Shown here: positions 1-24,799 of the stretch, piece after piece
Layout: every line of letters starts with the position of its first letter
Position numbering within the stretch: position 1 is the stretch's first letter
DNA from: Selaginella moellendorffii
Lineage: Eukaryota > Plantae > Lycopodiophyta
Length of the DNA stretch: 64,000 nt
Reading direction: 5' to 3'
NCBI RefSeq assembly: GCF_000143415.4
Contig: NW_003314261.1
Span: 2,367,266-2,431,265, forward strand
Position numbers and translations under genes: made by a program
Notes under the pieces: generated by a model
What the model was told of the DNA's origin: nothing
The model's input: the letters and a program-made list of their open reading frames with translations, nothing else
Databases searched by the model: none

Positions 1-727
1 CTTGTCCTTGGACTCGAGTAGCAGCAGCATCAACCTCCATGGGAACAGGACCATCACTCATAAGAAGTGGAGCTGAAGGACGTGTAGCAAGAAGTGGAAG
101 AGGCGACGTCTCATAACGTTGTGCCAAGCGAAGAGCATCGTCAAGAGTGGCAGGAGCAAGTGCATGCACAAGTCCGACAAGATCTTGACGAAGTGCTGGC
201 CACAGCATTCCTAGCTTGATCCGCTCCGACATATTTGGCTCCGCACGAAGCAAAAGACTTCGGAAACGAACGCCAAATTGCATCACCGACTCAGATGGCC
301 CTTGGCGAAGACGATGCAATTGTTGGAAGGCATCATCACAATCGTCGGCGTGTCCGAAGGCGCGTTTGAAGACGTCCGGAAGAACACTCCAATCGCCACG
401 AGTAGCTGCGCTCAATCCATTGTACCACTGCAATGCCGTCCCTTGAAGACATGTGGGGAACTCACGCAAACGTCGAGCATCATCCCAAGAATGATATATG
501 GCAATCACCGTGAAGTGATCGAACCAATGGTACACATCATCCCTAGGATTCCCACGAAAGAACTCTGGCCGAACGCGAGGATTGGCACCAAAAGCAGGAG
601 GAGTTGTACCATGTGCCGTGAACGCCGCCATCAACTGAGTTTGGTTGTTCAATTGCAGGCGCATAGCATCAAGCAATTGAACCAACTGCTGCTCTAGAGT
701 CAAAGGAGGAGATTGCGGATCAGCCAT
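1..727 (-). CDS. Ty3/gypsy Gag ORF (runs off the window edge)
   Basis: Manual translation from ATG at 727 is stop-free to position 1: MADPQSPP...PEFFRGNPRDDVYHWFDHF...LQGTALQWY...LRQGPSESVMQFGVRFRSL...DGPVPMEVDAA, typical retrotransposon Gag motifs. Missing from the ORF track because it has no stop inside the window. Confidence 0.85.
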   Translation of the reverse strand, partial: MADPQSPPLTLEQQLVQLLDAMRLQLNNQTQLMAAFTAHGTTPPAFGANPRVRPEFFRGNPRDDVYHWFDHFTVIAIYHSWDDARRLREFPTCLQGTALQWYNGLSAATRGDWSVLPDVFKRAFGHADDCDDAFQQLHRLRQGPSESVMQFGVRFRSLLLRAEPNMSERIKLGMLWPALRQDLVGLVHALAPATLDDALRLAQRYETSPLPLLATRPSAPLLMSDGPVPMEVDAAATRVQGQ

Positions 728-1134
728 GAAAATGAATGAGAAAGAAAGAGCAAAAGAAGAGAAATGACAAAAAGCTGGAAAGAAATGGTAGATCTAGACA
801 ATGCAAAAAGCTAGATCTAAACCAAAATCCTGAAAGGAAAGAACAAAAGAAAGGAAATGGAAAAAGCTAGATCTAGACAATGCAAAAGCTAGATCTAAAT
901 CGAAATCCCAAATCCAAGCACTCCCCAAGGACAATCAAAGGTGCCCCTCAACTCCACCAATGTGAGTGCATGGAATATGGAAAGGGAATACAGAAATGTG
1001 CATATCAATTAACCCAAAAACCCTAGCTTATATACAGGATCGAGTGGTCCGGATTGAAACCAATCCGACGGCTACCAAAATCCACTACGCTAATATTAGT
1101 ATACGGCATCGTAACCGTACACTTGGCCCTCACA
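1..1134 (-). mobile_element. 5' end of a Ty3/gypsy LTR retrotransposon (174-bp LTR 961-1134, PBS, leader, gag)
   Basis: LTR bounded by TGTGAG...CTCACA. On the minus strand it is followed by TGGTGGAGTTGAGGGG (PBS-like), then a leader and gag. The flank after 1134 (cttgtatttatag) matches the uninterrupted paralogous site at 16871. Confidence 0.85.
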
Positions 1135-1525
1135 CTTGTATTTATAGTTTATAAGCATATTTATAATTTATTAGACTCTTTATAGTATATTTTATTATTT
1201 TATCTAAAGTATTTATATTCTATTATTTACCAGATCATCATAGATTGATCAATTAGATTAATAAATAATAATAAATAAGCATTTAAGCCAATCACTCGGT
1301 GCTCGGTGCTAAGAAACATTCGACTGATTTTAGTGTTGATGATCAAAACTTCTGGGGTGCAAGTGTGATGGAGACATTGAGCTTGGGATAAAAGCAACAT
1401 TTAGTAGGTTTTGTAACCCTGTTCACAACCCTGGCTTGCCACTCAACTGAGACTTGTTCTTCGTCTGTGATCTTTAGAGCCGTTTGGCCTATTCTAGCTG
1501 CGAGCTTGCTAGCTCGAACAAAGGT

Positions 1526-6604
<5,079 letters not shown>

Positions 6605-6684
6605 CGCTGATTTCGGCGCTAGAAAAATGCGTTGCTGGGGAATCGTCAGGGAGAAGAAAGAGGTCGAAAACATAGGAAACGGCA

Positions 6685-6761
6685 TTATATACCATTTTGT
6701 GACTTGCCTCCGAAGAAAAAACTTTCTCGCCAGTCAAGGTCTCCTCTCGTCGCTCGTGACG
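6685..6761 (-). promoter_or_regulatory. ABCC proximal promoter: TATA, W-box, TGACG element
   Basis: TATATAA on the minus strand at 6691-6685, about 80 bp upstream of the ATG. TTGACT (W-box) at 6737-6732 and TGACG at 6757-6761. All are conserved in copy 2 (~22421-22497). Confidence 0.45.
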
Positions 6762-6844
6762 CGCATATTCGGATCTACCACGGCTGGTTAAATAATTGTA
6801 AAGAATGTTCTCTAGTACCCCTGACGATCAGCTGATAATCGGTT

Positions 6845-8080
6845 ATTCGACGCCGAAATCCGAGTGCCATGCTCCTGGCTTGTGAGTTTCTTTGCAAGAT
6901 CCCACTCGACGAGCTGTCAAGAATCTAGCATTATCGTTTTTCGCATCGCTAGTATCGTACAAGTATCCTATACCAGCTGCATTTGGGTGTGGTGGATTGC
7001 CTCGTTTGCTGGTCTTCCCAAGCTTGTGCTATCTGTGCATGACCTTCCAAGGTTAAACACAAATCCTGGAGTGCATAAGCAAGCCTGGCCTGGATGCTTG
7101 GGGACGAACAGGGATCACAGTTCTATGTTACTCTATATGCCAGAGCAGCAAAGAAGACTTTGGACGAACATTTGCTACAGGTAGCACAGGAAAAAAGAGC
7201 ATCGAGTTTTCTTTTTCTCACGAAAAGTGGGAAAGTTCGAGTAGGCTTCCGAGACAAACAATCCCGCCTTCTTTTATGGATGGTGATTGGGTTCCTCGTC
7301 GTGATTAAGTTAGGGACTTGTGTGGTGCCGAAGATACCTCTAGTTCTTTTAGCCCTGGAGGTTTACAGGAGTTATTTACAACATAATCAACACTGTCGCA
7401 AACAAAAAGCTCGCTTGAACAACTTTCTTCACGACTGCATATGCCTGCCAACAGGATGCTGGTATCCACCTACTTGACGATCCTTCATCGTGTTTGGCAG
7501 AAATATTGCCAGAGAACTTTCTAGACTTCAAGGTCTTCAAAGAGCTGCAATCATACATCACTTTGGCGAGTCAATAGCAGCTAACGAGAATCCGCTATAA
7601 TCTCGACCCCCTCGGACAGTTCTCAGATCCAGAAATCTGGGAGATAAGTTCTGTCATTCTTCTATTTCCTAAAAGGCCGTGTTGTTAGATAAATGCCACC
7701 TCGTGCAGGAAGAAAAGGTAATGTGGAAAACATGTGAGATGTGTGGGAGAACGGTGAGAACTGGAGCGTGGGACAGTTGTTTTGCCTTGGACGAGTGATC
7801 CTAAAACAAGGCCGTGTTTTGGCACCCAGACGAGGCCACCGCGTCCGTGGACAGTGCTACCGATGGAATGATCCATCCACCATCGCCACAAAGTTCTATC
7901 ACCATCGCTACTGTGATGGACAGCGACTACGTTCTGGCCCTACACGTTGGTTGGAAATCTTACTCTCGTTTTTTTTCAAGTTTATCTTTTTCCAGGACGC
8001 ATAGCTAAATACGACGAGCTGGGGAAGAAGAGGAGCTCGTATTTTTTCAAGCGTTTTCCAAGATATCTTTTGGATCCTCC
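6845..8080 (+). pseudogene. Collapsed (~1.25 kb) inverted ABCC pseudogene, copy 1
   Basis: Collinear short ABCC pieces (SWLVSFF, VWWIASF, GTCVV.KIPL, YLLDDP-like, [42 protein letters not shown]) separated by large deletions. Confidence 0.8.
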
Positions 8081-8160
8081 GAATCATGCAGTAAAAAGGA
8101 TAGTTTCTCAGACTTGGTATGTATAAAGGTGACCGAAAACATTGAATATTCAACTTAGCG

Positions 8161-8680
8161 ATGGCAATGGCAAAGCTTCTCAATCCCAAGAACACGGACG
8201 CCATCCCTCTTGTAATTACGCCTGGTATGTTCCTGCATTCTCTTCTCGATCTGTATGCTCCGTGTTTGGGCTCTTGTGCAGGAGCTTCCAGTGGAGACTC
8301 CGGCAATGATTTCGTAATTGGGATCTGGAAGGTCAACTCTTTGGGAGCCCTGGCGCAATTTTGTTCCGGGGATTCGGCGTGTCAAATGCGGAGGAATTTG
8401 CTCGAGTGGTGGAAGCGTTTGGATATGAGAGCATGGGTTGCAGAGCTGGAGCTGCGAGGAGGAAGCACATTGTCGGGCCTGTCTACACAAACAATGCCCT
8501 CGACGCTGAAACCGAGCTTGGATTTCACAATGAAATGAGCTACGTAAGGTTTTCCCATTTTCATTCTAAGACTTCTTGTTCTTTGCCACAGCTTGCGGAT
8601 TATCACGACTTGGTCGTGTTTTTCTGCGAGGTTGCTCCACCGCCAAGCGCCGGCGGTGCCACTGGGATCGTCCAAGGCAA
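8161..8680 (+). pseudogene. TauD/TfdA (clavaminate synthase-like) dioxygenase 5' fragment, copy 1
   Basis: GAILFRGFGV..EEFARVVEAFGY...VYTNN...LGFHNEMSY (HxE) | ..DLVVFFCEVAPP..GGATGIV with GT-AG introns. Frameshifted near 8320 and truncated at ~8680. Confidence 0.75.
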
Positions 8681-8684
8681 AGCC

Positions 8685-9130
8685 ACCATTTGGTGACTTG
8701 CCTCTGAAGAAAATGTCGCCAGTCAAGGTCGTCGTCAAAGGATATTGGACACATATTTACACGCGACAAGGGTGAAGACAACACCAAAGCTGGGAATCTA
8801 AGCTTGCTATGCTGGCTCTCAGAGCAAAGAGGACTTTGGAGCCAGAGGACTTGCCCGGCAGCCCACGGGTTTTTTTCACGAAAGTTCAAAGCAAGCTTCC
8901 GAGCCGCTCGCCTTCTTTGACAGAGGCGTGTTTGTTTTTTGCTGTAGTTCTGTGAATGGAGTGGTTGGCTGAAGAAATCGTTCATGACGCAGCTCGCAAT
9001 AATTTGGACGACTAGAATGGTCACCTTAGCTACTTTGTGGCTGACTTCAGAGAGTTTTTGTTTGCGACAGTGTTGATATAAAATCTGCCAGAATGTAAAA
9101 CTCTGTAGACTTCACGAGGCAGGAACGAAC
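8685..9130 (+). pseudogene. Copy of the ABCC promoter segment plus a second, more collapsed ABCC remnant
   Basis: 8685-8750 resembles 6691-6780 (accatttggtgacttgcctctgaagaaaa...gccagtcaaggtc), followed by DKGEDN, LEPEDLP and WLKKSF pieces. Repeated at ~24325-24770. Confidence 0.65.
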
Positions 9131-9167
9131 GTGATATTTAATCTGAAGGAATTGAGTCTGAATTTTT

Positions 9168-12390
<3,223 letters not shown>

Positions 12391-12396
12391 ACAATT

Positions 12397-12783
12397 TTAG
12401 AGCCTTTTTAGTTCGGTTGGCTCGTGTCGGAGGCTACAGCGGCAAAGCGGGCAAGTGTGTTGTTTGAAGAGCCACAACGAGATACAGTCGCGATGGTAAA
12501 AGTGCTTGCACTTGGGCAACACACACACCTCTTGCCCGTCGCCAAACTCCCCAAGGCAAATCGGGCACTCCTCTCTCCCTCGCTCCCTCACGCTATAGAG
12601 CTCCAGGGGAAGTACCACCGAATCCATGTCATTCTCAAATTTCTTCTCGGCCTCGCCATCCCTGGTGGAAGCTCCAGTGCCATACCCCGCGTCACCAAAG
12701 CTGCAATGTCCATCTTTAATGCACAACCAGCAGCTCCAACCCGCAAACCACACGCCACCAAACAAGCAACAGATTTCAGACAT
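12397..12783 (-). CDS. RING-H2 (ATL-like) E3 ligase, copy 1
   Basis: 128 aa with a hydrophobic/Cys-rich N-terminus and CPICLGEF...[27 protein letters not shown] (all 8 zinc ligands). TATAAAA lies about 55 bp upstream. Confidence 0.75.
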   Translation of the reverse strand: MSEICCLFGGVWFAGWSCWLCIKDGHCSFGDAGYGTGASTRDGEAEKKFENDMDSVVLPLELYSVRERGREECPICLGEFGDGQEVCVLPKCKHFYHRDCISLWLFKQHTCPLCRCSLRHEPTELKRL

Positions 12784-12869
12784 CGCCCACTACAGTTTAT
12801 GTGATAGGGTTTTTCCTTTCACTTCTTTGGGGCTCTTTTATACCAGTTGCCACCTTTTCCGATCGCCAG

Positions 12870-13495
12870 CTACGTACACAGCGGGCACCGTTTGCCATTC
12901 ACCGTACACCCCGTACAACCCATTGTCCGGCGGTTCCCATTGCAATCCAGGCATGGCACCAAGCTCGCTCCTCCACACCCCTTGCAAGCCATGGCGTTGT
13001 CTCTCCGCAAATCTCCACTGCTTATCATGCAAGAGCTTGCGAAGCTGGCCCTTGTTTTTCAATGCGTTTAGCCGCTCCACGCCACCAATGTACCTGAGGA
13101 AGAGAACAAACGAGGACGGCGATGGATTAATTCCCTGACTGTGATGGATCGAAACTTATATAGTTTCGAGATCCTGGGGTACCTTCCATCGATGAACAGC
13201 GCTGGAACTCGACTGTAGCCATCGGCCAACTCCGGCGACTCCTTTGCTCGCGAACGCAATGCCGTGGATCGCTGTGGTGGTGCTGCATTCCTCGTCGTGT
13301 GGTTTGAAAGGGAGCGTGAGCCTGTCCCTGGGAGGTTCTTCGACGAGCTCGAGACCTCCGAGATCCAGTGGTTTGCTCCATCATGGACACGAAAGTGGAG
13401 AGGAGATCACAGTCATCGTTTGCGGCGTTGTCTCTCGTGGAAGAAGTAGTCACGCATTGGATGGCCAACCTGTGCTTGAAGTCACGAGATTCGTT
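12870..13495 (-). pseudogene. 3' fragment of the Cys-rich glutaredoxin-like gene
   Basis: Matches ~39631-40305 with deletions and frameshifts. Fused directly to ABCC pseudogene B. Confidence 0.8.
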
Positions 13496-14905
<1,410 letters not shown>

Positions 14906-15489
14906 GCGAAAGAGTGTGGGGGGTTCCAAATGTATAGTAGGTTAGAATGCATGTGTGACCACTTGAGATATTAGTTTAGCTTTTTCTGGGTTATGTCACT
15001 CTTTGTTCTACATCCGACTTGGGTCTAAGCCTAAGCTCCACGCTGCTTTAGTCGGTGGGGTACCCTCCTCTTTGTGTTAGGCCACCGGTATGCCAAAATT
15101 GTGCCAGATTCTGTCTGACACCATTTTGTGTGCAAATGCTGGATACGGGAGCTGGTGCTCGTGGGATTGTATTGGACCCTCGTTTCGTAGCGCAATAGGC
15201 TTGGAGTTTAGCTCCAAATTCAGGTGCGCTACATGCGGATATCCATTATGTGGATCTCATTTTTGGGATGCCATGGTTGGTGAAGGTGAATCCAGAGATA
15301 AAGTGGAGTATTAAACTTGTCTTGCTAGAGTATGGTGGCGTTAAAGATGTATAGTTTGGCGAGGGCATTCAACCACCAATTGTTATGCTCTCTACTACAT
15401 TTTTGAAGTGGGTTTGTCATAATGGAAAAGCACTTTCGAGTTACTTGCTATTTGTTTATGACTTATGGGACTAAAGCACATGTGGGGGA

Positions 15490-16410
15490 GAAGCAACAAT
15501 CTGGATGTACTTGACAAGTTTTCTGATGATTTTCCATTTGAACTTCCTCATGAGTTGCCTCCATTAAGAGGTGTGGAGAATGGGATTATATTGGAACCGA
15601 GGACGCGGCCAATTTACTAATGTCCATTTCAGTTAAGTTATGCGGAAGAGCAATATATTTAACGACAAGTCAAGGAGTTACTTGAGTTTGGATTTATTCA
15701 GCCAAGTAAGTCTCTATTTGGTGCTCTGGTCTTGCTTGTGAAGAAGAAGGATAGTTCAATGCAGATGTGTATTAACTACCACGCTTTGAACAAGAAGACA
15801 GTGAAGGATAAGATGCCGATGCCACATGTGGATGATATCCTAGACAAGTTTGGTGAAACATGAGTGTTTACCAAGATTGATCTGAGGAATGGATATCATC
15901 AGATTGCAATGAATGATGCATCTATCTCCAAAATGACATTTAACACAAGCTTCAGACATTTTGAATTTACAGTTATGCCATTTGGTTTGACAAATGCACC
16001 AGCCACATTTACTCGATTAATAATGGAGGTATTTGGGCGTTATCTTCATGAGTTTGTGGAAATTTTCTTGGATGATATTCTTGTTTTTAGCAAGAATATA
16101 GAGGAGCATAAGATGCATTTGCACAAGGTTTTTTTGTTACTCTAAGACAACAAACTTTATGTGAAGGAGAGCAAATCTGAGTTTGCAAAGTCAGAGGTAG
16201 AATATCTAAGCCATATTGTGACATATAAAGGTGTCAAGACAGATCCAGGGAAGGTGGCTATAATGGAAAATTGGCCTACACTGATTACAGTGGCCAAGTT
16301 ATACAGTTTTCTTGGTATGGCTAGTTACTACCAACGTTTCCAGCATAAGTTTGCAAAGGTGGTTTTTCTTTTGACACAGTTGTTACGCAAGAATGTGCCA
16401 TTCGAGTGAA
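15490..16410 (+). mobile_element. Degenerate Ty3/gypsy reverse transcriptase fragment
   Basis: LPPLRGVENGIILEP...FIQPSKS...LLVKKKD...FTKIDLRNGYHQI...VMPFGLTNAPATF...FLDDILVFS...SFLGMASYYQRF, with in-frame stops. Confidence 0.9.
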
Positions 16411-16765
16411 AAATGAAGATGAATGAAAAGGAAAGAGTAAATGAAGGTAAATGAAAAAAAGCTAGAAGGAAAGGAAGATCTAAACAATATAAAAGTTAAA
16501 TCTAAACCAAAACCCCAAATCCAAGCAGTTCTCAGGGACAATCATAAATGCATGAAATATGAAAAGGGAATATAAAAAATGTGTATATCAATTAGCAAAA
16601 ACCCTATCTTGTATACAGGAGTGAGTGGTTCGGATTCAAACTAATTCACTATGTTAATATTAGTATACAATATTGTAGCCATACACTTAGACCTCACAAC
16701 TCTGATATATAAATTAGGGTTTTTGAACTAATTAAATATGCACATTTTTGTATTTCATACACTTA
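16410..16765 (-). mobile_element. Decayed leader + LTR of the same family as 961-1134, followed by an inverted LTR fragment
   Basis: 16410-16698 aligns to ~729-1134 and ends ...gacctcaca. About 16700-16765 is a reverse-complement piece of the LTR (atatataaattagggtttttgaactaattaaatatgcacatttttgtattt). Confidence 0.75.
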
Positions 16766-17246
16766 TATTGTTAGATGGTATAATATGTCAAAATATCTAA
16801 AAATATTCCATCACCTAGGTTTATAGGGAATATACTTAAATATTTTACTATCTAACTCTTTTATAATAATCTTGTATTTATAGTTTATAAGCATACTTAT
16901 AATTTATAAACTTTCCTATAGAATATTTTTATTATTTTACCTAAAGTATTTATATTCTATTATTTTACCAGATCATCATAGATTATCAATTATATTAATA
17001 AATAAGCATTTAAGCCATATAAGATGGTACTAAATGTTGCTTTTATCCCAAGCTCAATGTCTCCATCACACTTGCACCCCAGAAGTTTTGATCATCAACA
17101 CTAAATCAGTCGAGTGTTTTAGCACCGAGCACCGAGTGATTGTTCACAACCCTAGCTTGCCACTCAACTGAGACTTGTTCATCGTCTGTGATCTTTAGAG
17201 CCGTTTGGCCTATTCTAGGTGCGAGCTTGCTAGCTCGTACAAAGGT

Positions 17247-22337
<5,091 letters not shown>

Positions 22338-22554
22338 CGCTGATTTCGGCGCTAGAAAAATGCGTTGCTGGGAGAAGAAAGAGGCCGGCCGTGGCGAAAA
22401 CAAAGCCCTAGAAAACGGCATTATATACCATTTTGTGACTTGCCTCCGAAGAAAAAACTTTCTCGCCAGTCAAGGTCTCCTTTCGTCGCTCGTGACGCGC
22501 ATATTCGGATCTACCACGGCTGGCTAAACAATTGTAAAGACAATTGTAAGCTGA

Positions 22555-23720
22555 TCATCGAAATCCGAGTGCCACGCTCCTGGCTTGTGAGTTTCTTTGC
22601 AAGATCCCGAGCTGTCAAGAATCTAGCATTAGCATCGCTAGTATCGTACAAGTATCCTATACCAGCTGCATTTGGGTGTGGTGGATTGCCTCGTTTGCTG
22701 GTCTTCCCAAGTTTGTGCTATCTGTGCATGACCTTCCAAGGTTAAACACAAATCCTGGAGTGCCTGGCCTGGATGCTTGGGGACGAAGAGGGATCACAGT
22801 TCTGGTTAGTGGACAAGGGTGAAGACAACGTTACTCTGTACGCCAGAGCAGCCAAGAAGACTTTGGACGAACATTTGCTACAGGTAGCACAGGAAAAAGA
22901 GCATCAGCAGCTTACGAGCTTTCTTTTTCTCACAAAAAGTGGGAAAGTTCGAGCAGGCTTCCGAGAAGAACAATCCCGCCTTCTTCTATGGATGGTGATT
23001 TCCTCGTCGTGATTAGCTCGCTGGCGATGACAGACGAGTTAGGGACTTGTGTGGTGCCGAAGATACCTCTGACTACTGGGAAAGTTCTTTTGGCCCAGGA
23101 GTTATTTACAATTCTCCCAGACTTAATCACACTGTCGCAAACAAAATCTCGCTAGATCGGGTGAACAACTTTCTTCACGACTGCATATGCCTGCCAACAG
23201 GATGCTGGTATCCACCTACTTGACGATCCTTCAACGTGTTTGGCAGAAATATTGCCAGAGAACTTTCTGGACTTCAAGGTCTTCAAAGAGCTGCAATCAT
23301 ACATCACTTTGGCGAGTCAATAGCAGCGAACGAGAATCTGCTATAATCTCGACCCCCTTGGACAGTTCTCAGATCCAGAAATCTGGGAGATAAGTTCTGT
23401 CATTCTTCTATTTCCTAAGAGGCCATGTTGTTAGGCCTTGGACGAGTGATGCTAAAACAAGGCCGTGTTTTGGCACCCAGACGAGCCCACCGCATCCGTG
23501 GACAGTGCTACCGATGGAATGATCCATCCACCATCGCGACAAAGTTCGCTACTGTGATGGACAGCGACTACGTTCTGGCCCTACACGTTGGTTGGAAATC
23601 TTACTCTCTTTTTTTTCAAGTTTATCTTTTTCCAGGACGCATAGCTAAATACGACGAGCTGGGGAAGAAGAGGAGCTCGTATTTCTTCAAGCGTTTTCCA
23701 AGATATCTTTTGGATCCTCC
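22555..23720 (+). pseudogene. Collapsed inverted ABCC pseudogene, copy 2
   Basis: Paralog of 6845-8080. Confidence 0.8.
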
Positions 23721-23800
23721 GAATCATGCAGTAAAAAGGATAGTTTCTCAAACTTGGTATGTATAAAGGTGACCGAAAACATTGAATATTCTAACTTAGC

Positions 23801-24320
23801 GATGGCAATGGCAAAGCTTCTCAATCCCAAGAACACGGACGCCATCCCTCTTGTAATTACGCCTGGTATGTTCCTGCATTCTCTTCTCGATCTGTATGCT
23901 CCGTGTTTGGGCTCCTGTGCAGGAGCTTCCAGTGGAGACTCCGGCAATGATCTCGCAATTGGGATCTGGAAGGTCAACTCTTTGGGAGCCCTGGCGCGAT
24001 TTTGTTCCGGGGATTCGGCGTGTCAAATGCGGAGGAATTTGCTCGAGTGGTGGAAGCGTTTGGATATGAGAGCATGGGTTGCAGAGCTGGAGCTGCGAGG
24101 AGGAAGCACATTGTCGGGCCTGTCTACACAAACAATGCCCTCGACGCTGAAACCGAGCTTGGATTTCACAATGAAATGAGCTACGTAAGGTTTTCCCATT
24201 TTCATTCTAAGACTTCTTGTTCTTTGCCACAGCTTGCGGATTATCCCGACTTGGTCGTGTTTTTCTGCGAGGTTGCTCCACCGCCAAGCGCCGGCGGTGC
24301 CACTGGGATCGTCCAAGGCA
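23801..24320 (+). pseudogene. TauD/clavaminate synthase-like fragment, copy 2
   Basis: Paralog of 8161-8680 (FHNEMSY, YPDLVVFFCEVAPP). Confidence 0.75.
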
Positions 24321-24799
24321 AAGCCACCATTTGGTGACTTGCCTCTGAAGAAAATGTCGCCAGTCAAGGTCGTGGTCTAAGGATATTGGACACATATTTA
24401 CACGCGACAATGGGAATCTAAGCTTGCTATGCTGGCTCTCGGAGCAAAGAGGACTTTGGAGCCAGAGGACTTGCCCGGCAGCCCACGGGTTTTTTTCACG
24501 AAAGTTCAAAGCAAGCTTCCGAGCCTCTCGCCTTCTTTGACAGCGGTTCCTTGTCGTGAGGCGTGTTTGTTTTTGCTGTAGTTCTGTGATTGGAGTAGTC
24601 ACTATGGCTGGCTGAAGAAATCGTTCATGACGCAGCTCGCAATAATTTGGACGACTAGAATGGTCACCTTAGCTACTTTGTGGCTGACTTCAGCGAGTTT
24701 TTGTTTGCGACAGTGTTGCCAGAATGTAAAACTCTGTAGACTTCACGAGGCAGGAACGAACGTGATATTTAATCTGAAGGAATTGAGTCTGAATTTTTT

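Noticed and set aside
216-697. Plus-strand ORFs of 76 and 139 aa
   Set aside because: Antisense shadows of the minus-strand gag ORF.
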